DNA of 64,000 nucleotides, from positions 883,986 to 947,985 of the forward strand of contig OZ252008.1 in NCBI GenBank assembly GCA_965246995.1, in the 5' to 3' direction. Below are positions 53,656-63,136 of this stretch, piece after piece. The first letter of the stretch is position 1. Every line of letters starts with the position of its first letter. Origin of the DNA: Vicinamibacterales bacterium (GTDB lineage: Bacteria > Acidobacteriota > Vicinamibacteria > Vicinamibacterales > UBA8438). The position numbers and the translations under genes are program-made. The notes below the pieces were generated by a model, which made no database searches, had not been told where the DNA came from, and saw nothing but the letters and a program-made list of their open reading frames with translations.

Positions 53656-55719
53656 ATGTGTAAAACGCTTTCTAGTCGGCACCCGGTGATCCGTTGCGCT
53701 GCGGTTGCGGCCGTCGCGTGTCTGGCAACAGTTGGCGTGAGCGCTCAGACCGGCGCCGCCGATGGGGAATGGGGTGTATTCGGGGCGGACGCGGGGGCCA
53801 CCCGCTATTCACCGCTCGACGAGATTCATTCCGGCAACGTCGGAGATCTGGAGGTGGCATGGCGATGGAGTGCACGAGACCAGGGCACGCCCCCTCCATC
53901 CGGCCGGATGCAGATCAGTCCCATCGTGATCAACGGAGTCCTCTATACGACCGCCGGTAACCAACGCAGCGTGATTGCCCTCGATGCCACTACAGGTGAG
54001 CCCCTCTGGAACTGGCACCCGGGCGACAACGAGCGCAGGTGGGGCGACATCATCGAGCCCGTTGCGCGGAGCGCCGGGCGCGGCGTGACCTACTGGACGG
54101 ATGGCGCGGGGGATGAGCGCATCTTCGTGGTGACGCCGAGCTATCAGTTGGCGGCCCTGGACGCCCGGACGGGGAATCTCGTGGAGGATTTCGGTGATGC
54201 CGGCGTGGTGGACATGATGGACGACCTGCGCTGGAGTGAGCGGCCGGCCGCCGAGAGAGCGGGTCGAGTGGCCAATACGTCACCGCCGGCGATTCTCGGA
54301 AATGTGCTCGTGGCATCGATCACCATGCATACCGGCAGCGTTCCCACCCGGGCATCTCCCAATGAGGTCTGGCCCATGAACATGCCCGGCGATGTGGTGG
54401 CATACGATACCCGCTCCGGTCGGATGCTCTGGCGCTTCAACACGGTCCCGAAGGAGGGAGAATTCGGCGTCGAGACCTGGCTGAAGGCGGACGAGGCCCT
54501 CTGGAACGTACCAACCGGCACCCACGATTGGGTGCAGGAGTATCCGGAGCTCCTCGATGCCTCCTGGAAGTACACGGGGAACGTCGGGCATTGGGCGCCC
54601 GTGACGGCGGACGCGGAGCTCGGCCTGTTCTACGTGGCTACCGAAACTCCCACAAACGACTATTTCGGCGGCTATCGGCCCGGGGAGAACCTCTTCGGCA
54701 ATTCCGTGCTGGCGCTGGACGCGGAAACCGGCGAGCGGGTGTGGCATTTTCAGCTCACCCATCACGAACTCTGGGACTACGATATCCCTACCGCCCCCAT
54801 CCTCGTGGACATCGAGGTCGATGGTGTCCCGATCAAGGCACTGGTGCAACTCTCGAAGCAGGGGTTTGCCTACGTACTCAACCGCGAGACAGGCGAACCC
54901 GTGTGGCCGATCGAGGAGCGGGCCGTGCCGCAGTCGGACGTTCCGGGCGAGCGGGCGTCTCCCACACAGCCCTTTCCCACGAAGCCGCCTGCGTTTGACC
55001 GCCAGGGCGTCACCCGGGACGACCTGATCGACTTCACTCCGGAGCTCCGGGCCGAGGCGCTGCGAATCGTAGAAGAAATCCGGCTCGGGCCTCTCTATAC
55101 TCCGCCGTCCTTGATTGAGCCGGGGGTCAATCTCGGGACCCTCGGGCTCCCCGGCGCGGGTGGCGGCGTCAATTGGCCCGCCGGTGCGGTGGATACCGAG
55201 GCGGGTCTCCTTTTTGTACCGTCGCAGACGAGGCCGACGCTGTTCGCATTGACAGACGGCACTGACGGGACCGGAGTGCGCTACCACATCTCATTTGCCC
55301 GGGGTATTCCGACCGTCCGTGACCTGCCCCTCTTGAAGCCTCCCTACGGCCGGATCACCGCGATCGACCTGACCGCTGGAGAGATTCTGTGGCAGATCCC
55401 GCACGGCGACACGCCCGGCTATATCCGGCAGCATCCGGACCTCCAGGGCGTGAACGTGCCGGCGACCGGGATTCTCACGCAAAGCTCCGGACTTCTCGTG
55501 ACGTCCACCCTGCTGTTTGCGGGCGAGGGACAACGGGGGGCTCCGGTGCTCCGTGCGTACAACAAGCGGACGGGTGACGTTGTCCATGAGATTCCGCTTC
55601 CGGGTGGACCAACCATCGGGTTCCCGATCACGTACATGGCGGGTAGCCGGCAGTACATTGTCGTAGCGGCTTTGGATGAGGAGAGAATCGCGGAACTGGT
55701 CGCCTTCTCCTTGCAGTAG
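53656..55719 (+). CDS. Secreted PQQ-dependent dehydrogenase (second copy, 687 aa)
   Basis: Signal peptide ...VSAQTGAADGEW. N-terminal GADAGATRYSPLDEI and DLEVAWRW blocks, then HHELWDYDIP. Propeller W-motifs run throughout. Confidence 0.85.
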   Translation: MCKTLSSRHPVIRCAAVAAVACLATVGVSAQTGAADGEWGVFGADAGATRYSPLDEIHSGNVGDLEVAWRWSARDQGTPPPSGRMQISPIVINGVLYTTAGNQRSVIALDATTGEPLWNWHPGDNERRWGDIIEPVARSAGRGVTYWTDGAGDERIFVVTPSYQLAALDARTGNLVEDFGDAGVVDMMDDLRWSERPAAERAGRVANTSPPAILGNVLVASITMHTGSVPTRASPNEVWPMNMPGDVVAYDTRSGRMLWRFNTVPKEGEFGVETWLKADEALWNVPTGTHDWVQEYPELLDASWKYTGNVGHWAPVTADAELGLFYVATETPTNDYFGGYRPGENLFGNSVLALDAETGERVWHFQLTHHELWDYDIPTAPILVDIEVDGVPIKALVQLSKQGFAYVLNRETGEPVWPIEERAVPQSDVPGERASPTQPFPTKPPAFDRQGVTRDDLIDFTPELRAEALRIVEEIRLGPLYTPPSLIEPGVNLGTLGLPGAGGGVNWPAGAVDTEAGLLFVPSQTRPTLFALTDGTDGTGVRYHISFARGIPTVRDLPLLKPPYGRITAIDLTAGEILWQIPHGDTPGYIRQHPDLQGVNVPATGILTQSSGLLVTSTLLFAGEGQRGAPVLRAYNKRTGDVVHEIPLPGGPTIGFPITYMAGSRQYIVVAALDEERIAELVAFSLQ

Positions 55720-55724
55720 CCGCG

Positions 55725-57287
55725 TCACCGCGGGTCCGCGATTGGTTTCCCTGTTCCGCTTAGCGAACCTTGCCCCCTCGAGTACGGAAACCCGGGCCCA
55801 CGCAGCTGCGCCAGCGTCATGTCGTTCGAGCGATCCAGTGCGGCGGCGAATGCTCGTGTCGCGCGCTCGAGACCACTCGCTGGCACCAGCTCGGGGACGT
55901 CCAGCGAAGTGTGATAGATGACGTGGTCGATGATATGAAATGAAGGCGCGAAGCGACCGTTCTTCGGGCGATCCTCCATCGCATAGACTGAGACGCCGAA
56001 CTCCCGCAGCGTCTCGAAGACCATCGCCTCGAACTCCGGGCTACCCAGGGCGTTCCACCGAAACGCTCCGACCGCGTTCGTTGGCGTGAGGCTGTCGTTG
56101 TACATGTAGAGCAGCGTCTGCGAGGGATGCTCCATCGTCAGCTTGACGGCGACCTTGTCCCACGGCCACTGCTCATTCACGAAACGGCGCAGGGACATCT
56201 CGCCGTGGTGATGGTCGGGGAACTGAATGAACTTCATCGTGCGCGGCCGTTCCTCGAGAGGCCGGGCGGCATAGAAGCGGGCGAGCTCCAGCGCACTCGC
56301 CATGCCCGATCCGTTGTCGAGCGCCGCTGTGAAGTAGCCGTCCGTATGGGTCATGACGACGATCTGCTCGTCCGTCATGCCGGGGAGCGTCGCGATGGTG
56401 TACTCCGTGTCCACGTTCCGCAGCTCGGGCACCTCGAGCTCAAGGTGGACGGCCACACGCTCGCCGTTGTCGAGATGCTCCTTGAGGGCGAAGCCTTCGT
56501 CCTGGCTGACCGTGAAGTGCGGAATCTCGTTGATGCCACCCTCAGGCTGAAACTGCCCGTTGCCCGGCACGCCCATGACGTTGATGATGGCCGCCGCACC
56601 CAGTTCGACCGCGCGGGCATTCGCGTTGAACAGGCCGGCGCGGCTGCTAGCCGAGTGACTGCGCCCACCTGGCACGAACGTGCTGTATATGACCGCTGCC
56701 TTCCCGCTGACGTCCCGGCCGATGAAATCCGCGCCTGAACCGACACCGACCCACACGGCCTCAACCATCATCCCTCCGGGCTCGGTCGCCCGCGTGCGGG
56801 CGACTGGAAAGGCGGTGTTGAGCGCAACCGTGTCGCCGCCTGCAACGGTGTAGTGTGCCGAGAAGTCGGTCGGTCGCCAGTCGCTGGGCAGCGTGAAGGG
56901 AAAACGCTCGACGGTGAGCCCGAGGCGCTCGAACGCCTCGGTCATGTAGGCCATGCTCTCACGGTCGGCCGACGTCCCGGGCAGGCGCCCCCACCACTTG
57001 TGCCCCTCGTCGCGATATTGCAGGGCGATGTTGGCGAAGTCCACGACGTGCGCCTTCATACGTGGCCCGCTGATCGAGGCGTAGGCCTCCTGGGCGGGGG
57101 TGAGCGGCCAGACCGGATACTGCTCGTCCGCGAAGATCAGCGTCTCATGGTCGCGGGGGAGTCCCTGTCCGAAAGTTGCTTCGGTCTTCGGCCCCGAATC
57201 GATCTGTGCCCGAAGCACGATGCCGTTCGCGACCAATACCCAGAGAACGATTCCGGTTGTGACGACAGGCCTGTTTCTGGCTGTCAT
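55725..57287 (-). CDS. Secreted M28-family metallopeptidase with PA domain
   Basis: Start at ATG 57287 after the AGGAGG SD, with a signal peptide. M28 zinc-ligand block THTDGYFTAALDNGSGMASALELAR. Confidence 0.8.
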   Translation of the reverse strand: MTARNRPVVTTGIVLWVLVANGIVLRAQIDSGPKTEATFGQGLPRDHETLIFADEQYPVWPLTPAQEAYASISGPRMKAHVVDFANIALQYRDEGHKWWGRLPGTSADRESMAYMTEAFERLGLTVERFPFTLPSDWRPTDFSAHYTVAGGDTVALNTAFPVARTRATEPGGMMVEAVWVGVGSGADFIGRDVSGKAAVIYSTFVPGGRSHSASSRAGLFNANARAVELGAAAIINVMGVPGNGQFQPEGGINEIPHFTVSQDEGFALKEHLDNGERVAVHLELEVPELRNVDTEYTIATLPGMTDEQIVVMTHTDGYFTAALDNGSGMASALELARFYAARPLEERPRTMKFIQFPDHHHGEMSLRRFVNEQWPWDKVAVKLTMEHPSQTLLYMYNDSLTPTNAVGAFRWNALGSPEFEAMVFETLREFGVSVYAMEDRPKNGRFAPSFHIIDHVIYHTSLDVPELVPASGLERATRAFAAALDRSNDMTLAQLRGPGFPYSRGQGSLSGTGKPIADPR

Positions 57288-57397
57288 GGTCGTTCCTCCT
57301 GCTGGAACACGTCGCGCCTTTTGCGCTGCCACCCGATTTGCGCTGCCACCCGAAAGGGTAGCGCGTAAGGACAGCACTCACCCTCGCGACGGAGCGG

Positions 57398-57871
57398 CTA
57401 TTCGACGGTGAATGTCCCGGCCGTGGTGCGCCCGCCGTCCGCGCGCTGTCGTTGGACGGAGGGGACGTCGCTGACGGTGAACTCGAACGTGCCGGTGCGG
57501 ATCGGCGTAAAGCTGAACTGGGCCGTACCGCCGACGTCGAATTCGATAGCGCGGAACGCCAGCGCCTGGAGGTGGATCTCGATCCCGTTGATGGTGACGA
57601 TGCGCAGGTGCGAGTTGCGCAGGAGGTCATCCACCTCGAGCCGCCACGGCTCGGTGCCGTCGCTCGTGATGTTCAGCCGGTAGTACTCGCCTGTAATCAG
57701 ATCGAACTCCGCGGTAGACAGCAACGGACCGTCCGGGCCCGTCGTAATCTCCAGTTCGATGTCGAGCGGTGGTCCCGCGGCCAGATTGCCGCCCACCTGT
57801 GCATGCGCGGCGGCGCCGGTGAGCACCAACGCCAGGGCGCAGGATGCGAGAACGGTGGTCCGTAGCAGCAT
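57398..57871 (-). CDS. Small secreted beta-sandwich-like protein (157 aa, unknown)
   Basis: Signal peptide MLLRTTVLASCALALVLTGAAAHAQ. The mature domain has alternating beta-strand character and no Cys. The rest of the 627-aa track ORF is antisense to the 58031..60229 gene and was rejected. Confidence 0.5.
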   Translation of the reverse strand: MLLRTTVLASCALALVLTGAAAHAQVGGNLAAGPPLDIELEITTGPDGPLLSTAEFDLITGEYYRLNITSDGTEPWRLEVDDLLRNSHLRIVTINGIEIHLQALAFRAIEFDVGGTAQFSFTPIRTGTFEFTVSDVPSVQRQRADGGRTTAGTFTVE

Positions 57872-58030
57872 GCCGGTGGTTATACCCGAACGTTGTCCGG
57901 CGGGCCAACCCTCTCGGCAACGGATGCTCCCTTGACGGACGTCTCCTTCGGGGGCATGCTCGGAATGAACGGTCGCCGCCATTGCGTCACGACGGGGCAT
58001 CGGCCGAACCGCAACACGGAGGAGTACCAC

Positions 58031-60229
58031 ATGAACAGGCATTTCGCTGGGGCGTCGGTTGCCGCCATGCTCGTCGCCGCGGCGCTGGTTTCTTTCTCGG
58101 CGTCCGGCCGAGCCGCGAGCGGGATGCAGGCCGTCGAAGCGGATATCAGCGGCGTGGTCACCAGCTCGAACGGACCTGAGGAGGGCGTCTGGGTCATCGC
58201 CGAGACGACTTCTCTGCCGACGAAGTTCGTCAAGAGCGCGGTCACCGGCGACGGCGGCCGGTACCTGATTCCCGACCTGCCGGACGCGACCTACGACGTG
58301 TGGGTGCGCGGCTACGGGCTTGTCGATTCCGACCCGGTGACCGCCGTTCCCGGCGACACAGTGGACCTGGAGGCGACCGTGGCGGAGACGCCAGCCGAGG
58401 CGGCCCGCGTCTACCCGGCCAACTACTGGTACTCGCTCATCCGGCCGCCGGCGACGGACGAGTTCCCCGGTACCGGTGAGGACGGTAACGGCATCGCCGC
58501 GAACCTGCAGCACCAGGACCAGTGGATCGACGTCCAGAAGCAGGGCTGCATGCTGTGTCACCAGCTCGGCAGCCGGATCATCCGCGAGATCGACAACATT
58601 GATCAGTTCGACTCCAGCCTCGAGGCCTGGGACCACCGCGTGCGCATGGGCCAGCGCGGCTCGCAGATGACCAACGTCATGAACCGGTTCGGCCGGGAAC
58701 GCGGGCTGCAGATGTTCGCCGACTGGAGCGACCGCATCGCTACCGGCGCGGTGCCGCCCGCCCCGCCCCGCCCGCAAGGGGTCGAGCGCAACGTCGTCAT
58801 CTCGATGTGGGAGTGGGGCACCGACATCGACTACATCCACGACGAGATCGCCACCGACAAGCGCGATCCCACCATCAACGCCGGCGGCCCCGTCTACGGC
58901 GTGAACATCTCCAACGATGAGCTGGCGATACTCGATCCGGCGACTCACACCGCCACCAGCCTGAGCGTCCCGCTGCGCGTCGACCCGGACACGGTGCCGG
59001 GGATGATCGCCCGGTCGATGCCGGCGCCGTCCCGGTTCTACGGGGACGAGCTCATCTGGAACGATCCGGCCAACCCGCACAATCCGATGATGGACCGGAA
59101 GGGACGGGTCTGGATGACCTCGGCGATCCGCAACCGGGAGAACCCGGACTACTGCGGGGAGGGTTCGGACCATCCTTACGCGCAGTACTACCCGCTGGCC
59201 AGCGGCTTCCGGTCCGCGGTGGTCTACGAGCCGGACCGCGAGCAGTTCGTGCTGATCGACACCTGCTTCGGGACCCACCACCTGCAGTTCGCCGAGGACG
59301 AGAACGACACCCTCTACTTCAGCGGCGGCGGGCAGGTCATCGGCTGGATCGACACACGGCTCTACGACGAGACCGGCGACGAGCGGCTTTCACAGGGCTG
59401 GTGCCCCACGGTGCTCGACACCAACGGCGACGGCGCGATCACGAAGCCGTGGAACGAACCGGCGCAGCGCGGGCAGGTGGCCGAGCACGACACCGCGCTC
59501 GACACCCGGGTGGTCATCGGCAGCTATGGCGTCATCGGCGACCCGACTGACGAGAAGGCGATCTGGATCAGCTCGAACCGCTTCCCGGGCCGGCTCGCGC
59601 GGTTGCATGTCGGCGACAACCCGCCGGAAAGCTGCGTGACGGAGATGTACGAGGTGCCGTCGGTCCTCGATCCGAACGTGCCGCCGGACAAGCGGGGATT
59701 CGGCTCGCGCGGAATCGACATCGACCGCGATGGCGTTATCTGGACCGCCCTGTCCGGGTCGAGCCACCTCGCCAGCTTCGACCGCCGCGAGTGCGCCGTG
59801 CACAACGGCCCGACCAGCGTGGAGGGCCGCCACTGCGTCGAAGGCTGGACGCTCCATCCCACGCCCGGCCCGACGATCGCGGGGACAAACCCACCGGTCC
59901 GGGCCGACTACCACTACTACAACTGGGTCGACCAGTGGGACACGCTCGGCCTGGGCAGGGACGTCCCGATCGCGACCGGCTCGAACTCCGACTCGCTGCT
60001 CGCGCTCGATCCGGACACCGGGGAGTGGACGGTGCTGCGGGTGCCTTATCCGCAAGGCTTCTTCACGCGTGGGCTCGACGGACGGATCGACGATCCGAAC
60101 GCCGGATGGAAGGGACGCGGGGTGTGGGCCACCTACGGCGCGGCGGCCACCTGGCACATCGAGGGCGGCGTCGGCGTGAAGCCGGGGATGCTGAAGTTCC
60201 AGGTGCGCCCGCATCCGCTTGCCAACTGA
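58031..60229 (+). CDS. Secreted CarboxypepD_reg-like domain + single CxxCH motif + propeller-like C-terminal region (unknown function)
   Basis: Start at ATG 58031 with a signal peptide. The N-terminal domain DISGVVTSSNGPEEGVWVIAE...GGRYLIPDLPDATYDVWVRGYG is carboxypeptidase-regulatory-like. The heme c motif is QGCMLCHQLG. Later repeats (RKGRVWMTS, DTLYFSGGG, KAIWISS, DGVIWTAL) suggest a Vgb/NHL-like propeller. Confidence 0.65.
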   Translation: MNRHFAGASVAAMLVAAALVSFSASGRAASGMQAVEADISGVVTSSNGPEEGVWVIAETTSLPTKFVKSAVTGDGGRYLIPDLPDATYDVWVRGYGLVDSDPVTAVPGDTVDLEATVAETPAEAARVYPANYWYSLIRPPATDEFPGTGEDGNGIAANLQHQDQWIDVQKQGCMLCHQLGSRIIREIDNIDQFDSSLEAWDHRVRMGQRGSQMTNVMNRFGRERGLQMFADWSDRIATGAVPPAPPRPQGVERNVVISMWEWGTDIDYIHDEIATDKRDPTINAGGPVYGVNISNDELAILDPATHTATSLSVPLRVDPDTVPGMIARSMPAPSRFYGDELIWNDPANPHNPMMDRKGRVWMTSAIRNRENPDYCGEGSDHPYAQYYPLASGFRSAVVYEPDREQFVLIDTCFGTHHLQFAEDENDTLYFSGGGQVIGWIDTRLYDETGDERLSQGWCPTVLDTNGDGAITKPWNEPAQRGQVAEHDTALDTRVVIGSYGVIGDPTDEKAIWISSNRFPGRLARLHVGDNPPESCVTEMYEVPSVLDPNVPPDKRGFGSRGIDIDRDGVIWTALSGSSHLASFDRRECAVHNGPTSVEGRHCVEGWTLHPTPGPTIAGTNPPVRADYHYYNWVDQWDTLGLGRDVPIATGSNSDSLLALDPDTGEWTVLRVPYPQGFFTRGLDGRIDDPNAGWKGRGVWATYGAAATWHIEGGVGVKPGMLKFQVRPHPLAN

Positions 60230-60280
60230 GGGAGGGCGCGTCCGACCGGTCGTGGCGCGATGCTGTGGCAGAATGGCCTG

Positions 60281-61105
60281 ATGAAGCGGCCGGCCGTCAC
60301 GGCGGTCGTGCTCACCGTCATCCTCGCCCTCGGCGCGGGCGCCGTGTTCGCCCAGTGGGGTTGGGGGCGCTCACGGTATCCGCCCCGCTTCCGTCCGCCT
60401 GAGCAGCGCGACGCCGGATTCTCGTTCTGCCGGCTCATGTACTCCAGCGAGTACACCGGGCGCGGCATGGGCCGCTGGTCGACGGACTATCCCTTTGCCG
60501 ACATCAACTTCATGATCCGGCTGTCAGAGATGTCGACCACCGACGTCAACTTCGACGCCGCCGACGAACCAATCCACTGGGTGGTCCCGATCACCGACGA
60601 CACGCTGTTCGGCTGCCCCTTCATCATCGCCTCGGCCGTCGGTTCGATGGTGCTCTCCAACGAGGACGCCGCCCGCCTGCGTGAGTACCTGTTGAAGGGC
60701 GGCTTCCTGTGGGTCGACGACTTCTGGGGAAGCTGGGAGTGGGAACAGTGGGTGAGCCAGATCCACAAGGTGCTTCCGGCGGGGCAGTACCCGATCGTCG
60801 ACCTGCCGATCGAGCACGCGCTGTTCCAGACCATGTTCCAGATCTGGGAGGTGCCACAGATCGCCAACATCGGCTTCTGGCAGCGCTCCGGGGGAGGCAC
60901 GTCCGAGCGTGGCGCGGACAGCGCGGAGCCGCACTTCCGGGTGATATTCGACGATCACGAGCGCATCATGGTGGCGATGACCCACAACACTGACATCCAG
61001 GATTCCTGGGAGCGCGAGGCGGACGACCCGCGCTTTTTCGAGGCCTTTGCGCCCGACGGTTACTCGTTGGGAATCAACGTCCTGGTCTACGCCATGGGTT
61101 ACTGA
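60281..61105 (+). CDS. DUF4159-like secreted protein
   Basis: Signal peptide MKRPAVTAVVLTVILALGAGAVFAQ. Text typical of DUF4159: FSFCRLMYSS, WSTDYPFADINF, PFIIASAVGSMVLSNEDAARLREYLLKGGFLWVDDFWG. Confidence 0.65.
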   Translation: MKRPAVTAVVLTVILALGAGAVFAQWGWGRSRYPPRFRPPEQRDAGFSFCRLMYSSEYTGRGMGRWSTDYPFADINFMIRLSEMSTTDVNFDAADEPIHWVVPITDDTLFGCPFIIASAVGSMVLSNEDAARLREYLLKGGFLWVDDFWGSWEWEQWVSQIHKVLPAGQYPIVDLPIEHALFQTMFQIWEVPQIANIGFWQRSGGGTSERGADSAEPHFRVIFDDHERIMVAMTHNTDIQDSWEREADDPRFFEAFAPDGYSLGINVLVYAMGY

Positions 61106-61923
61106 CCGACGGCCTGCGTCTTCTTCGAGACGAGGTTGAAGAACGAGAAGAGGTGCTCGACGACCTCGGTGTTCCTCGAGATGAAGAGTGAGTGGTCGCC
61201 GCCGGGGATCTCGATGTAGAGGTGCTGCATCCCCAACTCTCGCATCTTCGCCACCGACTCGCGCGCCCCCGCGGCAGGGACTACCCGGTCGTCCGAGCCC
61301 TGGATCACGAGGAACGGGATGTGGCGGATTGCCTCCGCGTCGACGTAATCGGCGTTCATGCTGCCGCCAGCTACCGCGGCCAGACCGGTCCAGATGTCCG
61401 GGTAGCGGCTGGCGAGGTAGTAGGTGCCGGCGCCGCCCATGGAATGGCCCCAGAGATAGACTCGGTTCTCGTCGATGTTGAGCTCGTCGGTGACGAGCTT
61501 GAAGACGTTCATGACGTCCTGCTCGGCCCGCCGGTCCAGTTCCGAGTCCCCGCGGTAACCGTATCCGCCCCGCCGGGTGTAGCCGAGCGGCGTAACCACC
61601 ACGTACCCGTGGTGCTCGGCCAGATCGAGGAACCCGGCATAGTTCATCAGCCAGTCGTACTGGCGTCCGGCGCCGTGCAGCGAGACCATCAGCGGCGCGG
61701 GGCTCGCGGGGTCGTAGCCCGAGGGCACGAACAGCGCATAGGGGATGGTCTCTCCGGTCTCCTCCATCACGTACGAATGATGCTGGACGCGCGGGTCGTT
61801 GACCGCGTACTCGTCGTCCCGCGCCTCGCGCTGGGCGAAGGCATCCGCCGGAACGAAGACCGCGAAGGCGAGCAGGGCCGCGAGCGTCACGATTGGGCAA
61901 GCCGGGGTACGGATTGTCTGCAT
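61099..61923 (-). CDS. Secreted alpha/beta-hydrolase esterase (PHB-depolymerase/S9-like)
   Basis: Start at ATG 61923 after the AGGAGA SD, with a signal peptide. Nucleophile elbow WGHSMGG, a later D (QGSDDRVV) and H (GGDHSLF). Confidence 0.8.
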   Translation of the reverse strand: MQTIRTPACPIVTLAALLAFAVFVPADAFAQREARDDEYAVNDPRVQHHSYVMEETGETIPYALFVPSGYDPASPAPLMVSLHGAGRQYDWLMNYAGFLDLAEHHGYVVVTPLGYTRRGGYGYRGDSELDRRAEQDVMNVFKLVTDELNIDENRVYLWGHSMGGAGTYYLASRYPDIWTGLAAVAGGSMNADYVDAEAIRHIPFLVIQGSDDRVVPAAGARESVAKMRELGMQHLYIEIPGGDHSLFISRNTEVVEHLFSFFNLVSKKTQAVGQ

Positions 61924-62117
61924 TGTTGTTCTCCTGGGGGCTCCGCTCTCCGGTCCTTCCCACCCGGCCAGACGGTACGGATGAATCATACGGTGGCGCC
62001 GGCGCTTTGGGTAAACGCGCCGTTTCCGGCCGGAGTCGTCTGCAGTGAGCGGTGTCGAACTACTATGGGCAGTCTGGGATCCGCGGGACGCTTACGCGAT
62101 CCAAAGTGAGGTGGGCT

Positions 62118-63125
62118 ATGAGGAACGTTCTACCGTTGTTGTCGGCGGCGGTCATCGCGTTCGGGGCATTCGGCCCGCTCGGCGCGGCCACGGCCGTGGC
62201 CGAGGACATCGAGATCACCGAGTGGGTAGTGCCCTGGGAGGACACCCGGCCGCGCGACCCTTACGTTGACGGCCAGGGACGTGTGTGGTTCGTCGGCCAG
62301 CGGGGCAACTATCTGGCCTATCTCGACCCGGCGACGGGCGACTTCCGGCGCTACGAGCTTGAGCCGGGCACCGGACCGCACAACCTGATCGTCGACGAAG
62401 ACGGGTTCGTGTGGTACGCGGGCAACCGCGCGATGCACATCGGACGGCTCGATCCGGAAACCGGAGACATCGAGAAGTTCATGATGCCGACCCCTGACGC
62501 GCGGGATCCGCATACGCTCACCTTCGACCACAACGGCGACATCTGGTTCTCGGTGCAGGGCGGCAGCTTCGTCGGCAAGCTGGGCACGCAGACGGGCACC
62601 GTGGAGCTCATCCCGATCGAGGGCAACGGCCGGCGTCCCTACGGCATCGTGGTCGACGCGAACAACCGCGCCTGGTTCTGCCAGTTCGGCACGAACGTGC
62701 TCGCCACCGTCGATCCGGAGACCATGGAGCTTGAGGAGTTCGAGCTGCCGCGGGCCGAGGCCCGGCCGCGCCGACTGGCCCTGACGTCGAACGGACACCT
62801 CTGGTACGTCGACTACGCGGGCGGTCACCTCGGGCGTTTCGATCCGGCCACCGGCGAAGTTCAGGAATGGGCGGTCCCCGGCGGCGCGGACTCCCGGCCG
62901 TACGGAATGGCCGTCGACGCCGACGACCGGCTGTACTTCGTGGAGTCGGGCATCGATCCGAACCGTTTCATCGGATTCGACCCGGCTACCGAGGAGTTCT
63001 TCGCGATGACCGAGATCGCCAGCGGGGGTGGAACCGTGCGCCACATGTACTACCACCCGCCGACGCGCGAGATCTGGTTCGGCACCGACACGAACAACAT
63101 CGGTCGCGCGCGGGTGGTGCCGTAA
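62118..63125 (+). CDS. Vgb (streptogramin-lyase)-family beta-propeller protein, secreted
   Basis: Start at ATG 62118 with a signal peptide. Repeats occur about every 40 aa with P(H/Y)G(I/L/M) and DG.(V/I/L)W(F/Y), as in the Vgb family (GPHNLIVDEDGFVWYAG, DPHTLTFDHNGDIWFS, RPYGIVVDANNRAWFC, PRRLALTSNGHLWYVD, RPYGMAVDADDRLYFVE). Confidence 0.8.
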   Translation: MRNVLPLLSAAVIAFGAFGPLGAATAVAEDIEITEWVVPWEDTRPRDPYVDGQGRVWFVGQRGNYLAYLDPATGDFRRYELEPGTGPHNLIVDEDGFVWYAGNRAMHIGRLDPETGDIEKFMMPTPDARDPHTLTFDHNGDIWFSVQGGSFVGKLGTQTGTVELIPIEGNGRRPYGIVVDANNRAWFCQFGTNVLATVDPETMELEEFELPRAEARPRRLALTSNGHLWYVDYAGGHLGRFDPATGEVQEWAVPGGADSRPYGMAVDADDRLYFVESGIDPNRFIGFDPATEEFFAMTEIASGGGTVRHMYYHPPTREIWFGTDTNNIGRARVVP

Positions 63126-63136
63126 CGCGGAAACAC

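Noticed and set aside
52236-53657. 473-aa minus-strand ORF
   Set aside because: It is antisense to the class V aminotransferase. It has a biased Arg/Ala/Gly composition.
57872-59281. Upstream 470 codons of the 627-aa minus-strand track ORF 57398..59281
   Set aside because: Only the last 157 codons, from ATG 57871 with a signal peptide, look protein-like. The remainder is antisense to the 58031..60229 gene.
60524-61963. 479-aa minus-strand ORF overlapping the DUF4159 and esterase regions in another frame
   Set aside because: It competes with two ORFs that have signal peptides and family motifs, and its own translation is Arg/Gly/Pro-rich.
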